64,000 nucleotides of DNA, taken from assembly GCA_016187335.1 (NCBI GenBank), contig JACPJW010000001.1, positions 224,001 to 288,000 on the forward strand. The letters are read 5' to 3'. Shown here one piece after another: positions 19,558 to 30,229 of the stretch. The DNA comes from Candidatus Aenigmatarchaeota archaeon (GTDB lineage Archaea > Aenigmatarchaeota > Aenigmatarchaeia > GW2011-AR5). The position numbers were made by a program, and so were the translations under genes. Positions within the stretch are counted from its first letter, which is position 1. Every line of letters begins with the position of its first letter. The notes under the pieces are model-generated. The model did no database searches, had not been told where the DNA came from, and worked only from the letters and a program-made list of their open reading frames with translations.

Positions 19558-19713
19558 TGAAGCGGATAAATAGGAATATATAATTATAACTTGTTTCACA
19601 TACATGGAGAACTGAGGGTTCTCCTGTATAGCTGCTCGTGGCGTAAGGCGCCTTATAAGGTTATTTACCTGGCGGACAAAGAAAATCTGTGTGATGGCTG
19701 ATGGTGTTCTGGC

Positions 19714-20028
19714 ATGGAAGAAGAAATGCTGCTTGAGATAAAGAAAGCGGAGGAGAAAGCGGAGGAAATAGTGAGGGAAGCCGAGAAAAGAAAGGGTGAA
19801 ATGATAAGGGAAGCCGGGCTTGAAGCGGCAAGGTACAGGGAACGGGAGATAGAGAAATTAAAAAAGCAGTCAGAAGAGCTCATAGCCAGGGAATCGGAAA
19901 AAATTTCCGCCAGAAGCAGGGCAATGATAAAAAAAGCGGAGGAAGACGCGAAAAATCTGGGCCCGGACAAAAGGAAGTCGGAGGAAGCGAAAAACTACCT
20001 GAAAAAAGAATTCAGGGACCTGTTTTGA
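19714..20028 (+). CDS. atpH: A-type ATP synthase subunit H/G
   Basis: Charged coiled coil EIKKAEEKAEEIVREA; first gene of the operon. Confidence 0.85.
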   Translation: MEEEMLLEIKKAEEKAEEIVREAEKRKGEMIREAGLEAARYREREIEKLKKQSEELIARESEKISARSRAMIKKAEEDAKNLGPDKRKSEEAKNYLKKEFRDLF

Positions 20029-20037
20029 GGAGAGAAG

Positions 20038-21873
20038 ATGTTTTACCCGGAAAGGATGTCAAAAGTCACCGTAGCGGCGTCGAAGGCCCACATAAACGGC
20101 GTGATAAACACGCTCTACGAACTTAGGGCCCTTCATATCGAGGAATACATGCCGCGTAAAGAGGGGGACCTTCCTATAGGCTCGCCCCTGGAGGACGCCG
20201 AGCAGATATCGGAGCTTCTTGTCGACATACACTCGCTGAAAAGGATTTTCCCTTACGCCGCGGGAAAGAAAAAAACCCCGGGCAGCCTGAAGAAATTCGC
20301 AGCCTTTGTGAAAAAAATAAAGTCTGGCGCCGATTCCGTAAACCGGAAATTAAGGGAGCTGGATGAAAAAATAAAATCCAACGACAGGGAAATGGAAGAC
20401 CTGGAGTTCCTCTCAAAATGCGGCATAAACGACCCCGAGATTCTCACGGAATACAAAACGCTGCAGATGGTTTCCGGGTATGTGGGCAATCCGGAAAAGC
20501 TTTCCGTCAGCGGGGCCGCTGTTTTCCTCGGCAATGACCGCAAGAATGCGCCCGTCGTGGTGTTTTTCCGGAAGGAAAACAGGAGCGGGGTTGCGGAAGC
20601 GCTGGAAAAGGCAAGGTTCAATGAGTACAAAATCAGGTCGAAGCCGGCTGGCGGCGTGAAAGCGGCGCTGGACGCGGCAGGAAAAAAAAGAAGAAGTTTT
20701 TTGGAGGAAAGAAAGAAGCTTCTGGATGACCTGGAAAGCATCGGAAAGAAAAACTCTTCTTTTCTTAATGGCATAGAGGAAAGCCTGCTCTCGATGATAC
20801 AGCGCGCGGAATCGCCGCTCAAATTCGCAGCGGGCAAATATGTCTTCATAGTTCAGGGATGGATTCCCGAAAAGAACGCGGGAGCGCTCGCTGAAAGGAT
20901 AAGGGAAATAAGCCCGAACATTTACCTCAAGGTCGAGGAGCCCCGTGGCGACCACGGCGCTGAAGCTGCGCCGACAAAAATGAAGAACCCCAAGATTGTG
21001 AATTCGTTTGAATTTTTCCTTAACCTGTATTCGCTGCCGAAATACGACGAGATCGACCCGAGCTTCCTTATATTCCTCACGTTCCCGCTTTTCTACGGCA
21101 TGATGCTGGGCGACATAGGCTACGGGATTGTGCTTCTTGTCATCGCATCGGTCCTGCGCTTCCGAGTCAAAAAAATCCGCGCGCTGATGGACGTGACCAT
21201 ACTGTCTGCGCTGTCAACGATATTTTTCGGCTTCATCTTCGGCGAGTTTTTCGGTTCGGAGCAGGTTTTCGGGTATCACCTTGTTCCCTACCTTCACAGG
21301 CTTGAGAACGTCAACGGGCTCATCGTTGCTTCAGCGGCACTGGGCTTTTTTCACGTAAATGCCGGCATCATTCTTGGATTTGTCAACGAGCTCAGAAGCC
21401 ACGGCGCCGTGAAGGCTGTGACTGCAAAGCTGTCCTGGCTTGTGTTTGAAGCGGGGCTGATTATTTTTGCCCTCAACTCCATGAAGTTCATAGAGGTCAA
21501 TGCATACATCCCCGGGGCTCTCATGGCCGTGTCTGTTATAGGCCTGCTGAAAGGCGAAGGGTTCCGCGGCATCATAGAAATACCGTCCCTGATAGCCAAC
21601 ATTTTGTCGTATTTGCGGCTCACCGCAATAGGGCTTGCCTCTGCGTCGCTTGCCATTGTCGTGAACAAGATGGCGGGAAGCATGTTTGCTGCGGGCGGGT
21701 TTTTATTTTTTGTCGGGGTCATCGTGCTTGTGATCGGCCATACCATAAATCTCGCCCTGGGCATAATTGACGCGTTCCTGCAGTCGCTGCGCCTTCATTA
21801 TGTGGAGATGTTCACAAAATTTTACCACGGCGAGGGAAAGCCCTACAAGCCGTTCGGGGCTGGAAAGAAATGA
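20038..21873 (+). CDS. atpI: A-type ATP synthase subunit I (a)
   Basis: LYSLPKYDEIDP, FYGMMLGDIGYG, SYLRL, LRLHYVEMF. Confidence 0.95.
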   Translation: MFYPERMSKVTVAASKAHINGVINTLYELRALHIEEYMPRKEGDLPIGSPLEDAEQISELLVDIHSLKRIFPYAAGKKKTPGSLKKFAAFVKKIKSGADSVNRKLRELDEKIKSNDREMEDLEFLSKCGINDPEILTEYKTLQMVSGYVGNPEKLSVSGAAVFLGNDRKNAPVVVFFRKENRSGVAEALEKARFNEYKIRSKPAGGVKAALDAAGKKRRSFLEERKKLLDDLESIGKKNSSFLNGIEESLLSMIQRAESPLKFAAGKYVFIVQGWIPEKNAGALAERIREISPNIYLKVEEPRGDHGAEAAPTKMKNPKIVNSFEFFLNLYSLPKYDEIDPSFLIFLTFPLFYGMMLGDIGYGIVLLVIASVLRFRVKKIRALMDVTILSALSTIFFGFIFGEFFGSEQVFGYHLVPYLHRLENVNGLIVASAALGFFHVNAGIILGFVNELRSHGAVKAVTAKLSWLVFEAGLIIFALNSMKFIEVNAYIPGALMAVSVIGLLKGEGFRGIIEIPSLIANILSYLRLTAIGLASASLAIVVNKMAGSMFAAGGFLFFVGVIVLVIGHTINLALGIIDAFLQSLRLHYVEMFTKFYHGEGKPYKPFGAGKK

Positions 21874-21940
21874 TATTTTTGATGTTTTTTGATGTTTTTT
21901 GATTAAACTTTTTTCGAAAAAGTTTAGGAGGTAGAAAAAA

Positions 21941-22156
21941 ATGGTTGAAACAATAGCGGCGGTCGGGGCGGCGGTTGCAATAGGCGTGACGGCTCTGGCT
22001 GCGGCATGGGCGGAGAAAGAAATAGGCACAGCGGCCATAGGCGCGCTGGCAGAGAAAGAAGAGCTATTCAGCAAGGTGCTGATACTTACGGTAATACCTG
22101 AAACTATCGTAATTTTCGGCCTTGTTGTTGCGCTCCAGATATTGAGCGCTGCCTGA
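21941..22156 (+). CDS. atpK: A-type ATP synthase subunit K (c), single hairpin
   Basis: AWAEKEIG...LTVIPET. Confidence 0.93.
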   Translation: MVETIAAVGAAVAIGVTALAAAWAEKEIGTAAIGALAEKEELFSKVLILTVIPETIVIFGLVVALQILSAA

Positions 22157-22264
22157 TGCGGCAACAAGCTTTTTGTTGTCCGCATTCTGAAAACCGGAGG
22201 TTTTCAGAAATCTCAGGAGTATCTGCTTTCTGCAGATTTAGGACACTTTTGGCAGCAGTAGAAG

Positions 22265-22831
22265 GTGATTGAGATAGAAATCCGGAAGGTCGTGGAAGAG
22301 GTCATAAGCGAAGCGAAGAGAAAAGCCGAAGAAATACTGGAAGAAGGCGGCAGGGAAAGGGAAAGGATCCTCTTCGAGGCGAGAAAGGAGGTTGAAATGA
22401 AAAAAGATGAGATGCAGAAAGAGGCAGACCTGGCTGTAAAAAAAATTGAAACGATCGAGGCGACAAAATCCAGGATGGACTCAAAGGAAATACTGCAGAA
22501 GACCAGGATGAAAATAATAGAGGACATTTACAGGGAGTTCTACGGCGGGCTGGATGTCGAAGGCACGCTGAAGTCGATGCACAGCATAGGCATCAAAAGC
22601 ATAAAGAATGCGGGGGCTGTGTACGTATCCGAAAATGACTTTGAAGCCGCGAAAAGGATTTTCCCGGACGTGAAGAAAAGCGGGATAAAAGGCGGAATCG
22701 TCATAGAAAGCGCCGACGGCAGGGAGAGCGTCAACCTGAGCATGGAAGTCATTGACGAGATTTTCAGGAACAGGACGTTCCCGGGCGTTTATGAAATTCT
22801 TTTTGGAGAGAGGAAGGCGAAGGCAAAATGA
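22265..22831 (+). CDS. atpE: A-type ATP synthase subunit E
   Basis: Coiled N-terminus, KGGIVIESADG; operon position. Confidence 0.88.
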   Translation: MIEIEIRKVVEEVISEAKRKAEEILEEGGRERERILFEARKEVEMKKDEMQKEADLAVKKIETIEATKSRMDSKEILQKTRMKIIEDIYREFYGGLDVEGTLKSMHSIGIKSIKNAGAVYVSENDFEAAKRIFPDVKKSGIKGGIVIESADGRESVNLSMEVIDEIFRNRTFPGVYEILFGERKAKAK

Positions 22832-23895
22832 TCAGAAAAGCGCCGCCCGGGAAGAAGTCCGGAGGAAAGAAAAAGGGCGCGAAGCTGAGATTCGGGACAT
22901 ACCCTTACACGGCAGTGAGGGTTCTTGCCATGAAGTCGGCGCTTCTCGGGAAGGACGATTACATGAGGATGCAGAAAATGGGCATGAACGAAATCATAAG
23001 GTTCCTTGCCGAAGGCGAATACAAAAGCGAGATAGAAATCCTTTCAAAGAGTTTCCGCGGCATTGAGCTGGTGAATTTGTCGCTGAACCTGAACCTTGCG
23101 GCGACCGTCAACAAGCTCCTGAGGATATCCATACATGACGAAGTCAAGGGGATGATAAGGCTCTACTCCAACAAATGGGTCGTCAGCAACCTCAAGACCG
23201 TCTTGCGCGTAAAGATGAACGCCCTTGACAGCGGTTACATAAGGTACGGGATAATACCAATAGAGCCGGCAACTTATGAGTTCTGCAGGGCTCTTTACGA
23301 ATCCGAGCCGAGGGCAATGGCAAGGGAGATTGAAAAGATAATGTTTATTGACGCTTCAGAAACTGAAAGCCTGCTGCAGGAAGGAAACCTGATGTCCCTG
23401 GAAAATGCGCTTGACAGGGAATACTACAAAACGCTTTACGCTGCTTCAAGGAACGTGAAGTCAAAATTCATAAAGGAGTTCCTGCAGAATCTTGTTGAGC
23501 TCATGAATATAAGGAACGTCGTCAAGCTCAGGATATCCGGTGTTGACAGGAAAACCGCCCTGGATTTCGTTATCGGCGACAGGAGCAGGCTCGTATCAAA
23601 GCTTCTTGACGCTTCTGATGCAGAAAAAATCAGGGGCGTTCTCGGGGAAAGCAGGTACTCCGCGCTGAGCAAAGGAATCGAGGAGGACATTGCGAACCTT
23701 GAAAATAACCTGGAGAACTTCCTGCTCCGGTATTCGTCAAAGCTGCTCCATTCAAAGCAGATGTCGATATCGCCTATATTCGGCTACCTGCTCGCGAAGG
23801 AGATAGAAATCCGCAACCTCAGGCTGATGCTCAACTCGCGCGATGCCGGGCTTGAGGAGGATTTCGTGAATAAAAACCTGATAATTTCCGCGTGA
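22828..23895 (+). CDS. atpC: A-type ATP synthase subunit C
   Basis: YPYTAVRV.AMKS.LL, GYLLAKEIEIRNLR. Confidence 0.92.
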   Translation: MIRKAPPGKKSGGKKKGAKLRFGTYPYTAVRVLAMKSALLGKDDYMRMQKMGMNEIIRFLAEGEYKSEIEILSKSFRGIELVNLSLNLNLAATVNKLLRISIHDEVKGMIRLYSNKWVVSNLKTVLRVKMNALDSGYIRYGIIPIEPATYEFCRALYESEPRAMAREIEKIMFIDASETESLLQEGNLMSLENALDREYYKTLYAASRNVKSKFIKEFLQNLVELMNIRNVVKLRISGVDRKTALDFVIGDRSRLVSKLLDASDAEKIRGVLGESRYSALSKGIEEDIANLENNLENFLLRYSSKLLHSKQMSISPIFGYLLAKEIEIRNLRLMLNSRDAGLEEDFVNKNLIISA

Positions 23896-23927
23896 TGATT
23901 TTTGTTAAAAAGTTTGGAGGGTATGAT

Positions 23928-24233
23928 ATGGAGATAGCCGTAATCGGAAGCGAGAGTTTTATTTTGGGCTTTCATATAGCGGGCGTAAGCAAGGGCTTCG
24001 TCGTCGAAAAGGACACGGCAAACAGGACGTTCGAGTCTGTAATGAATACCGAAGGGGTGGGCATCGTTGTGATGGACAAAAGCACTTTTGAGATGCTGAG
24101 CGAAAGGAACAAAGAAACGGCAATGACGAAAGTCAAGCCGACTGTCGTGACATTGTCGCACGACGTCGGGGGGGAAAGCAACCTGCGCCTGATGATAAAG
24201 CGCTCCCTTGGCGTCGACCTGTGGAAAGATTGA
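23928..24233 (+). CDS. atpF: A-type ATP synthase subunit F
   Basis: IAVIGSESFILGFHIAGV...IKRSLGVDL. Confidence 0.92.
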   Translation: MEIAVIGSESFILGFHIAGVSKGFVVEKDTANRTFESVMNTEGVGIVVMDKSTFEMLSERNKETAMTKVKPTVVTLSHDVGGESNLRLMIKRSLGVDLWKD

Positions 24234-24242
24234 GTGGTGATT

Positions 24243-25967
24243 ATGGCAAGAATATACCGCGTTTCCGGCCCTGTCGTGATAGCCGAAGGCCTTGACGCAA
24301 AGATGTATGACGTGGTGAAAGTAGGAGAAGGCAGGTTAGTCGGCGAGGTCATCCAGATAAAAGGCGACAAGACGACCATCCAGGTTTATGAAGACACATC
24401 CGGCCTTAAACCAGGCGAGCCTGTCGAAAACACGGGCCAACCGCTTGCTGTTGAACTCGGACCGGGATTGCTGAGAAGCATTTACGACGGAATACAGCGG
24501 CCGCTCCCGGCGCTGCAGCAAATGATGGGTGATTTCATCTTGCGCGGTGCGTCCGTGCCGCCTTTAGACAGGAAAAAGAAATGGCACTTCGTTCCGAAAA
24601 AGAAAAAAGGCGATGAAGTAAAGCCCGGTGATATTCTAGGCGTCGTCAAAGAAAGCGAAGTCATTGAGCACAGGGTTCTTGCGCCGGGTGTTTCAGGAAA
24701 GCTTGCAGAAATTAAAGAGGGGGATTTCACTGTTGAAGATGCTATCGCCGTTGTTGATGGCAAGGAAATAAAAATGTACCAGAAGTGGCCGATAAGGATC
24801 CCGCGAGCAGTGAAGGACAAATTAATGCCTAATGAACCTTTGCTGACAGGCCAGCGCATCATAGATGGTTTGTTTCCTGTTGCTAAAGGCGGCACTGCTT
24901 CAATGCCCGGTCCTTTCGGCGCGGGAAAAACGGTAATGGGTCATTCCCTCGCGAAGTGGAGCGATGTTGATGTTTTCGTTTACATAGGATGCGGGGAGCG
25001 CGGCAACGAGATGACGGAAGTGCTGAAGGATTTCCCTGTCCTTGTTGATCCTAAATCAGGCAAGCCGCTGATGGAGAGAACAGTTTTGATAGCGAACACT
25101 AGCAACATGCCTGTTGCCGCAAGGGAAGCGAGCATATACACCGGCATCACTATTGCCGAATACTTCAGGGATATGGGCTATGATGTCGCGCTGATGGCCG
25201 ACTCAACTTCGCGATGGGCCGAAGCGATGCGCGAGATATCATCGCGCCTGGAAGAAATGCCGGGCGAGGAAGGCTATCCGGCTTACTTGTCTGCGCGCCT
25301 GTCGGAGTTTTATGAAAGGGCCGGCAGGGCTGTCCTGCTCAACGGGAACAATGGTTCAGTAACGGTCATAGGCGCCGTGTCGCCGCCTGGCGGCGACTTG
25401 TCAGAGCCCGTCACCCAGGCAACGCTGCGCGTCACAAAAGTTTTCTGGGCGCTCGACGCAAGGCTCGCAAACCGCAGGCACTTCCCTTCAATCAACTGGC
25501 TGAATTCCTACAGCCAGTACGAGGAAATGATAAACGAATGGTACAAGAAGAACGTTGCAATTGACTGGCCGGATTACGTGAAAGAAATCAAAAAAATCCT
25601 CACGGAAGAGGAAAAGCTGCAGGAAATCGTGCAGCTTATAGGAAGCGACGCCTTGCCGGAAAGAGAACAGCTGACGCTGGACATCGCGCGCCTGATAAGG
25701 GAATTCTTCCTGCAGCAGAGCGCGTATCATGAGGTGGATTCGTACAGCGACCTGAAAAAGAGCTACAGGATCATGAAATCAATAATGTATTACGCCGAGC
25801 AGGCAAGGCTCGCGCTCAAGGCGGGCGTGCCGGTCAAGCAGCTGCTGGCAATAAAGGCGAAGTCAAAGATCGGCGAGGCGAAATTCAACAAGGATTACGA
25901 GAAAATTCTGGGCGGCGCCGAAAAGGAAATCAGCTCAGAGGTTGAAAGCCTGATAAAGAACAAATAG
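24243..25967 (+). CDS. atpA: A-type ATP synthase subunit A
   Basis: [29 protein letters not shown]; no intein. Confidence 0.98.
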   Translation: MARIYRVSGPVVIAEGLDAKMYDVVKVGEGRLVGEVIQIKGDKTTIQVYEDTSGLKPGEPVENTGQPLAVELGPGLLRSIYDGIQRPLPALQQMMGDFILRGASVPPLDRKKKWHFVPKKKKGDEVKPGDILGVVKESEVIEHRVLAPGVSGKLAEIKEGDFTVEDAIAVVDGKEIKMYQKWPIRIPRAVKDKLMPNEPLLTGQRIIDGLFPVAKGGTASMPGPFGAGKTVMGHSLAKWSDVDVFVYIGCGERGNEMTEVLKDFPVLVDPKSGKPLMERTVLIANTSNMPVAAREASIYTGITIAEYFRDMGYDVALMADSTSRWAEAMREISSRLEEMPGEEGYPAYLSARLSEFYERAGRAVLLNGNNGSVTVIGAVSPPGGDLSEPVTQATLRVTKVFWALDARLANRRHFPSINWLNSYSQYEEMINEWYKKNVAIDWPDYVKEIKKILTEEEKLQEIVQLIGSDALPEREQLTLDIARLIREFFLQQSAYHEVDSYSDLKKSYRIMKSIMYYAEQARLALKAGVPVKQLLAIKAKSKIGEAKFNKDYEKILGGAEKEISSEVESLIKNK

Positions 25968-25975
25968 CGGAGGTT

Positions 25976-27364
25976 ATGATTGTGGACGTTGAATCGCTGA
26001 AAGAGTACAGGACTATTGCAAGCGTAGCGGGGCCTTTGATATTCGTTGAGAAAACGCATCCCGTCGGCTACGGCGAGCTTGTAAGCATAACAATGCCTGA
26101 CGGCGGAAAAAGACTAGGGCAGGTTCTTGACACGTCCAGCGATATTGTAGTTGTCCAGAGCTTTGAGGGGACAAGCGGCATAGACAGGACTGCAAAGGTG
26201 CGGTTTCTCGGCGACGTCATAAGGCTCAAGGTGGGCGAGGAAATGCTCGGCCGCGTCTTTGACGGGACAGGAAAGCCGGTTGACGGAAAGCCCGAGATAA
26301 TTCCCGAGGAAGAGTCAGATATAACAGGCAGCGCGATAAACCCGTACTCCAGAGCATCGCCGGAGGAGTTCATACAAACCGGCATATCGACAATAGATTT
26401 CATGAACACGCTTGTCAGGGGCCAGAAGCTCCCTATTTTCTCCGGTTCCGGCCTGCCTCACAACGATATAGCGCTGCAGATAGCAAGGCAGGCAAAAGTC
26501 TTGGGCCACGAAGAAAAGTTCGCCGTTGTCTTTGCGGCTATGGGCATTACCAACGAAGAGGCGAAAAAATTCATAGCAAGCTTTGAGGAAACAAACTCGC
26601 TCGAGCGCGTCGTTGTGTTCCTTAATCTCGCTAACGACCCGGCCATAGAAAGGCTGATAACGCCGCGCCTCGCGCTGACAGCCGCGGAATTCCTGGCTTA
26701 CAAAAAGGGCATGCACGTGCTGGTTATACTTACTGACATGACAACTTACTGCGACGCGCTGAGGGAAATAAGCGCGGCAAGGGAAGAAATACCCGCAAGG
26801 CGCGGATATCCGGGGTATATGTACACGGACCTCGCGACGATATACGAGCGTGCGGGCATGATAAAGGGAAACAAGGGGAGCATAACGCAGCTGCCTATCG
26901 TTACCATGGTGGGCGACGACATAACGCATCCGATTCCCGACCTTACGGGTTACATCACTGAAGGGCAGATTGTGCTTTCCCGCGAACTGCACAGGCGGGG
27001 AATTTATCCTCCTATTGACGTGCTGCCTTCTTTATCACGCCTTATGAACCAGGGCATCGGCAAAGGGAAGACCAGGGAGGACCACAGGCAGGTAAGCGAC
27101 CAGCTGTACGCGTTTTACGCCGAGGGCCGCGACCTCAGGAGCCTTGCATCCATCGTGGGCGAGGAAGCGCTTTCGGAAAGGGACAAGAGGCTTCTTGCGT
27201 TCGCGGAACAGTTTGAACTGCGCTTCGTCAACCAGGGAATAAGGGAGGACAGGAGCATTGAGCAGACAATGCAGCTGGCATGGCAGTTGCTGTCAATGCT
27301 TCCGGAAGAGGACCTGACAAGGATTTCTTCCGAATTCAAGGCGAAGTATTACCCGAAAAAATAA
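25976..27364 (+). CDS. atpB: A-type ATP synthase subunit B
   Basis: [28 protein letters not shown]. Confidence 0.98.
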   Translation: MIVDVESLKEYRTIASVAGPLIFVEKTHPVGYGELVSITMPDGGKRLGQVLDTSSDIVVVQSFEGTSGIDRTAKVRFLGDVIRLKVGEEMLGRVFDGTGKPVDGKPEIIPEEESDITGSAINPYSRASPEEFIQTGISTIDFMNTLVRGQKLPIFSGSGLPHNDIALQIARQAKVLGHEEKFAVVFAAMGITNEEAKKFIASFEETNSLERVVVFLNLANDPAIERLITPRLALTAAEFLAYKKGMHVLVILTDMTTYCDALREISAAREEIPARRGYPGYMYTDLATIYERAGMIKGNKGSITQLPIVTMVGDDITHPIPDLTGYITEGQIVLSRELHRRGIYPPIDVLPSLSRLMNQGIGKGKTREDHRQVSDQLYAFYAEGRDLRSLASIVGEEALSERDKRLLAFAEQFELRFVNQGIREDRSIEQTMQLAWQLLSMLPEEDLTRISSEFKAKYYPKK

Positions 27365-27380
27365 ATGGTACGGGAAAATT

Positions 27381-28010
27381 ATGGCAGCAATGAACGTGAA
27401 GCCGACCAGGTCCGAGCTTATCAAGCTCAGGAAAAGCATAAAGCTGGCCGAGTCAGGGTACAAGCTCCTGAAAAAGAAAAGGGACGGCCTTATTCTGGAG
27501 TTTTTTAACGCATTGAAGGACGCAAAGGACGTGAGAAAGGAGCTGAACGAAAAATACAATATTGCGTACAAAAAGCTGCAGCATTCCATAGCTTTGGACG
27601 GGATCGTGGAAATAAAGACGCTGTCAATGGCGCTGAAGGAAAGGCCGTCGGTGGAATTGGAAGTAAGGAACGTGATGGGCGTCAGCATACCTGTCATAAA
27701 GCACGGGACCATAAGGAAGAGCCTGATGGAGCGCGGATACGGCCTGTTCTCGTCGTCAATAAGGATGGAGGAAACTGCCAAGTCCTATGAAGAGCTTCTG
27801 GAGCTTATTGTGAAGACCGCGGAAACGGAAACAAAGCTGAGGAATATTCTTATTGAGATAGAAAAAACGAAGAGGAGGGTGAATTCACTGGAGTACATAG
27901 TGATTCCCCGTCTGAAGGAAGCTGCCGCCTTCATCGCCTTCCGCCTGGAAGAACTGGACCGTGAGAACATTTTCAGGCTGAAGAAAATAAAGCAGAAGAT
28001 AACCGTTTGA
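27381..28010 (+). CDS. atpD: A-type ATP synthase subunit D
   Basis: VKPTRSEL, KTKRRVNSLE. Confidence 0.96.
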   Translation: MAAMNVKPTRSELIKLRKSIKLAESGYKLLKKKRDGLILEFFNALKDAKDVRKELNEKYNIAYKKLQHSIALDGIVEIKTLSMALKERPSVELEVRNVMGVSIPVIKHGTIRKSLMERGYGLFSSSIRMEETAKSYEELLELIVKTAETETKLRNILIEIEKTKRRVNSLEYIVIPRLKEAAAFIAFRLEELDRENIFRLKKIKQKITV

Positions 28011-28028
28011 TGATTTCTGGATGATATT

Positions 28029-28412
28029 ATGAGCCACGGGAAATTCGCCACTGCAATCAATTGCATAGACGGGCGATGCCAGGTTCCTGTATCTGCCTGG
28101 ATGAAAGAACATTTTGGAATTGATTATGTCGACAGAATAACCGAGCCGGGACCGGACAAAGTGCTTTCAGGCGGCTCCGCGGAAAATATAGAATCAATAA
28201 AGCGCAAAGTGATGGTTTCCGTAAATGCCCACAAATCCCGTGTAATTGCAATTGCAGCCCATCACGACTGCGCGGGCAATCCCGTTTCCATGGAAGACCA
28301 CTGGGAACAGCTGAGAAAATGCGTCGTGATTGTGAAATCATGGAAGCTTCCTGTGAAAGTAGTCGGTCTCTGGGTAAACGAAGAATGGAACGTAGAAGTT
28401 GTTGATGCCTGA
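28029..28412 (+). CDS. Putative beta-class-like carbonic anhydrase
   Basis: NCIDGR ... HHDCAGN (Cys-x-Asp / His-x-x-Cys zinc ligands). Confidence 0.75.
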   Translation: MSHGKFATAINCIDGRCQVPVSAWMKEHFGIDYVDRITEPGPDKVLSGGSAENIESIKRKVMVSVNAHKSRVIAIAAHHDCAGNPVSMEDHWEQLRKCVVIVKSWKLPVKVVGLWVNEEWNVEVVDA

Positions 28413-28454
28413 AATTCAAAGATAAATTAAAACGTAAGCAAGCCGTTTCCTGGT

Positions 28455-28859
28455 TTACGTCAGCAATTTCTTTTCCAGCAGTTCCTTTACGTAAATGTCC
28501 ATATTTTCCAGTTTTTCCAGTTCGTTGTATGAAACCCACCTGAATTCTGTGTTGTCGTCGTTGAGCTTCGGTTCGCCATTAATTTTCCCTAAATACGTTA
28601 ACCGGACAACATGCCTTCCCGGCACGCGCAAAATATCCTGCGCAGCAATCAATTTAGGCTCCTCTTCAAGAACAAGCCCTGTCTCTTCCTTTACCTCGCG
28701 CTTTAAGTTCTCTAAAAGCGTCTGGCCGGGATTGATTCTTCCGCCGGGAATGTCCCACCTTGCGCCGACTTCGGGGTATTTGTCAGCAGATCTTTTTACT
28801 ATCAGGTATTTTCCTTCCCTGTTCTTCAGCAGTATCTTGACGCCGACTTGCAGTTCCAT
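28455..28859 (-). CDS. NUDIX hydrolase
   Basis: WDIPGG...GQTLLENLKREVKEETG. Confidence 0.92.
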   Translation of the reverse strand: MELQVGVKILLKNREGKYLIVKRSADKYPEVGARWDIPGGRINPGQTLLENLKREVKEETGLVLEEEPKLIAAQDILRVPGRHVVRLTYLGKINGEPKLNDDNTEFRWVSYNELEKLENMDIYVKELLEKKLLT

Positions 28860-28937
28860 GACATCACAACCCTTTTGTTCACTTCGTTCACAAAATCCTT
28901 GCAAACAGAATCGAAAGATTCTGTTGCACAGCAGAAC

Positions 28938-29477
28938 TTAGTTCTGTTTGTGACGGAAAAGTTGCTTCACAACCTTGTAATGAAGCTGCACTTCATTTTT
29001 GGATAATTTTTTTATTTCAATGAAACGCAGCTTTGCCTCAAAATCTGAATCAGCAAAAAGCCTTATTCCCTTGCCGAGGACAACAGGCTCCACATCAAGG
29101 TAAATTTCGTCAACAAGCCCTTCCTTCATGAAAGAAGCGTTGAGCGTTCCGCCGCCGCCTATGAACGCTGTTTTGAATCCTTTTTTTTTCAAAAACCGCA
29201 AAACCTCTTCCGGCTTCTTATTGGTAAAAACGACTTTATCGCCCCATTTGTTTTCTATTTTTTGCTTTGTCATAACAACGTTAAAGCAAGAATAAGGGAA
29301 AGTGCCGTCCTTTACGCTAATCTCATATGTTCTTCTTCCTATAATCATATTGCCGCATTTTTTCATCAGTTTTTCAAAGCTTTTCCAGGAATTCTTAGAA
29401 ACAAACCATACGTCATCGTCTTCTTTGGCGATTAAGCCGTTAGCGGTCATCGCCATGTATAAAATGACTTTCATCAA
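28938..29477 (-). CDS. Dihydrofolate reductase / RibD C-terminal family protein
   Basis: MAMTANGLIA, IIGRRTYE, GGGTLNASF, LGKGIRLF. Confidence 0.88.
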   Translation of the reverse strand: MMKVILYMAMTANGLIAKEDDDVWFVSKNSWKSFEKLMKKCGNMIIGRRTYEISVKDGTFPYSCFNVVMTKQKIENKWGDKVVFTNKKPEEVLRFLKKKGFKTAFIGGGGTLNASFMKEGLVDEIYLDVEPVVLGKGIRLFADSDFEAKLRFIEIKKLSKNEVQLHYKVVKQLFRHKQN

Positions 29478-29478
29478 A

Positions 29479-29751
29479 TCACAGCTTTACGTCAAATCCC
29501 TTGAAATTGCCCAGAGCCTCTTCCCATGTAACGCTGACGTCGTCTATCTTCGCCCTCGGGGGGCCCTGCCTTATTTTCTCCACCAGCTGCTCTATTTTAT
29601 CTTCATGGCCTTCCACAATCACTTCCACCCTGCCGTCGTCCAGGTTTTTCACAAAGCCGTTTAAGCCGAGCAGTTCAGCGTTCTGTTTCGTAAAAGAGCG
29701 GAACGAAACGCCCTGAACCCTTCCGCTGATATAAATGCAGCATCTCTTCAT
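29479..29751 (-). CDS. acyP: Acylphosphatase
   Basis: GRVQGVSFR, GFVKNLDDGRVE. Confidence 0.95.
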   Translation of the reverse strand: MKRCCIYISGRVQGVSFRSFTKQNAELLGLNGFVKNLDDGRVEVIVEGHEDKIEQLVEKIRQGPPRAKIDDVSVTWEEALGNFKGFDVKL

Positions 29752-29835
29752 GGAATAATGTTGCAGCCGAAAACATAAAAACGGAAGAAAGAATTTGAGG
29801 AGCTGCTCGGGTTGCTTCCAGCGATTGCAGTGAGA

Positions 29836-30135
29836 CTAAGCCTGTTTTCTCTTTTTCCTCTTGATTTTTACCGAGCCGTCTTCAACCTTAACTTCAAGCT
29901 CATCTGCCTTGACGTTTTCTGGCAGCGACATGCTTCGCCTGAATTCTTTCTGGAACGCCTCTTCTTTGTAAAAACCTTTTCTCTTCTCCACTTTCCTTCC
30001 TTTCTTCTCCGCTGAGATATTGATGAAGCCCTTGTCTATTGAGACCTTTATCTCGTCCCTGCTGAATCCCGGCGCCGCTATGTTTATCTCCTCGGGCTTT
30101 TCTTCCCAGTAGAATCTGAACGGCTTCTTTGCCAT
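29836..30135 (-). CDS. Hsp20/alpha-crystallin family protein
   Basis: APGFSRDEIKV...FRRSMSLPENV...DG.VKI. Confidence 0.85.
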   Translation of the reverse strand: MAKKPFRFYWEEKPEEINIAAPGFSRDEIKVSIDKGFINISAEKKGRKVEKRKGFYKEEAFQKEFRRSMSLPENVKADELEVKVEDGSVKIKRKKRKQA

Positions 30136-30229
30136 AAAAACACCAGAAAATATTCTTGAGGATAAAAATAAATTGTTATTTTTGGTCAAACTTTCCTTCT
30201 TTGATTAAACTTTCTTTTAAGAAAGTTTA

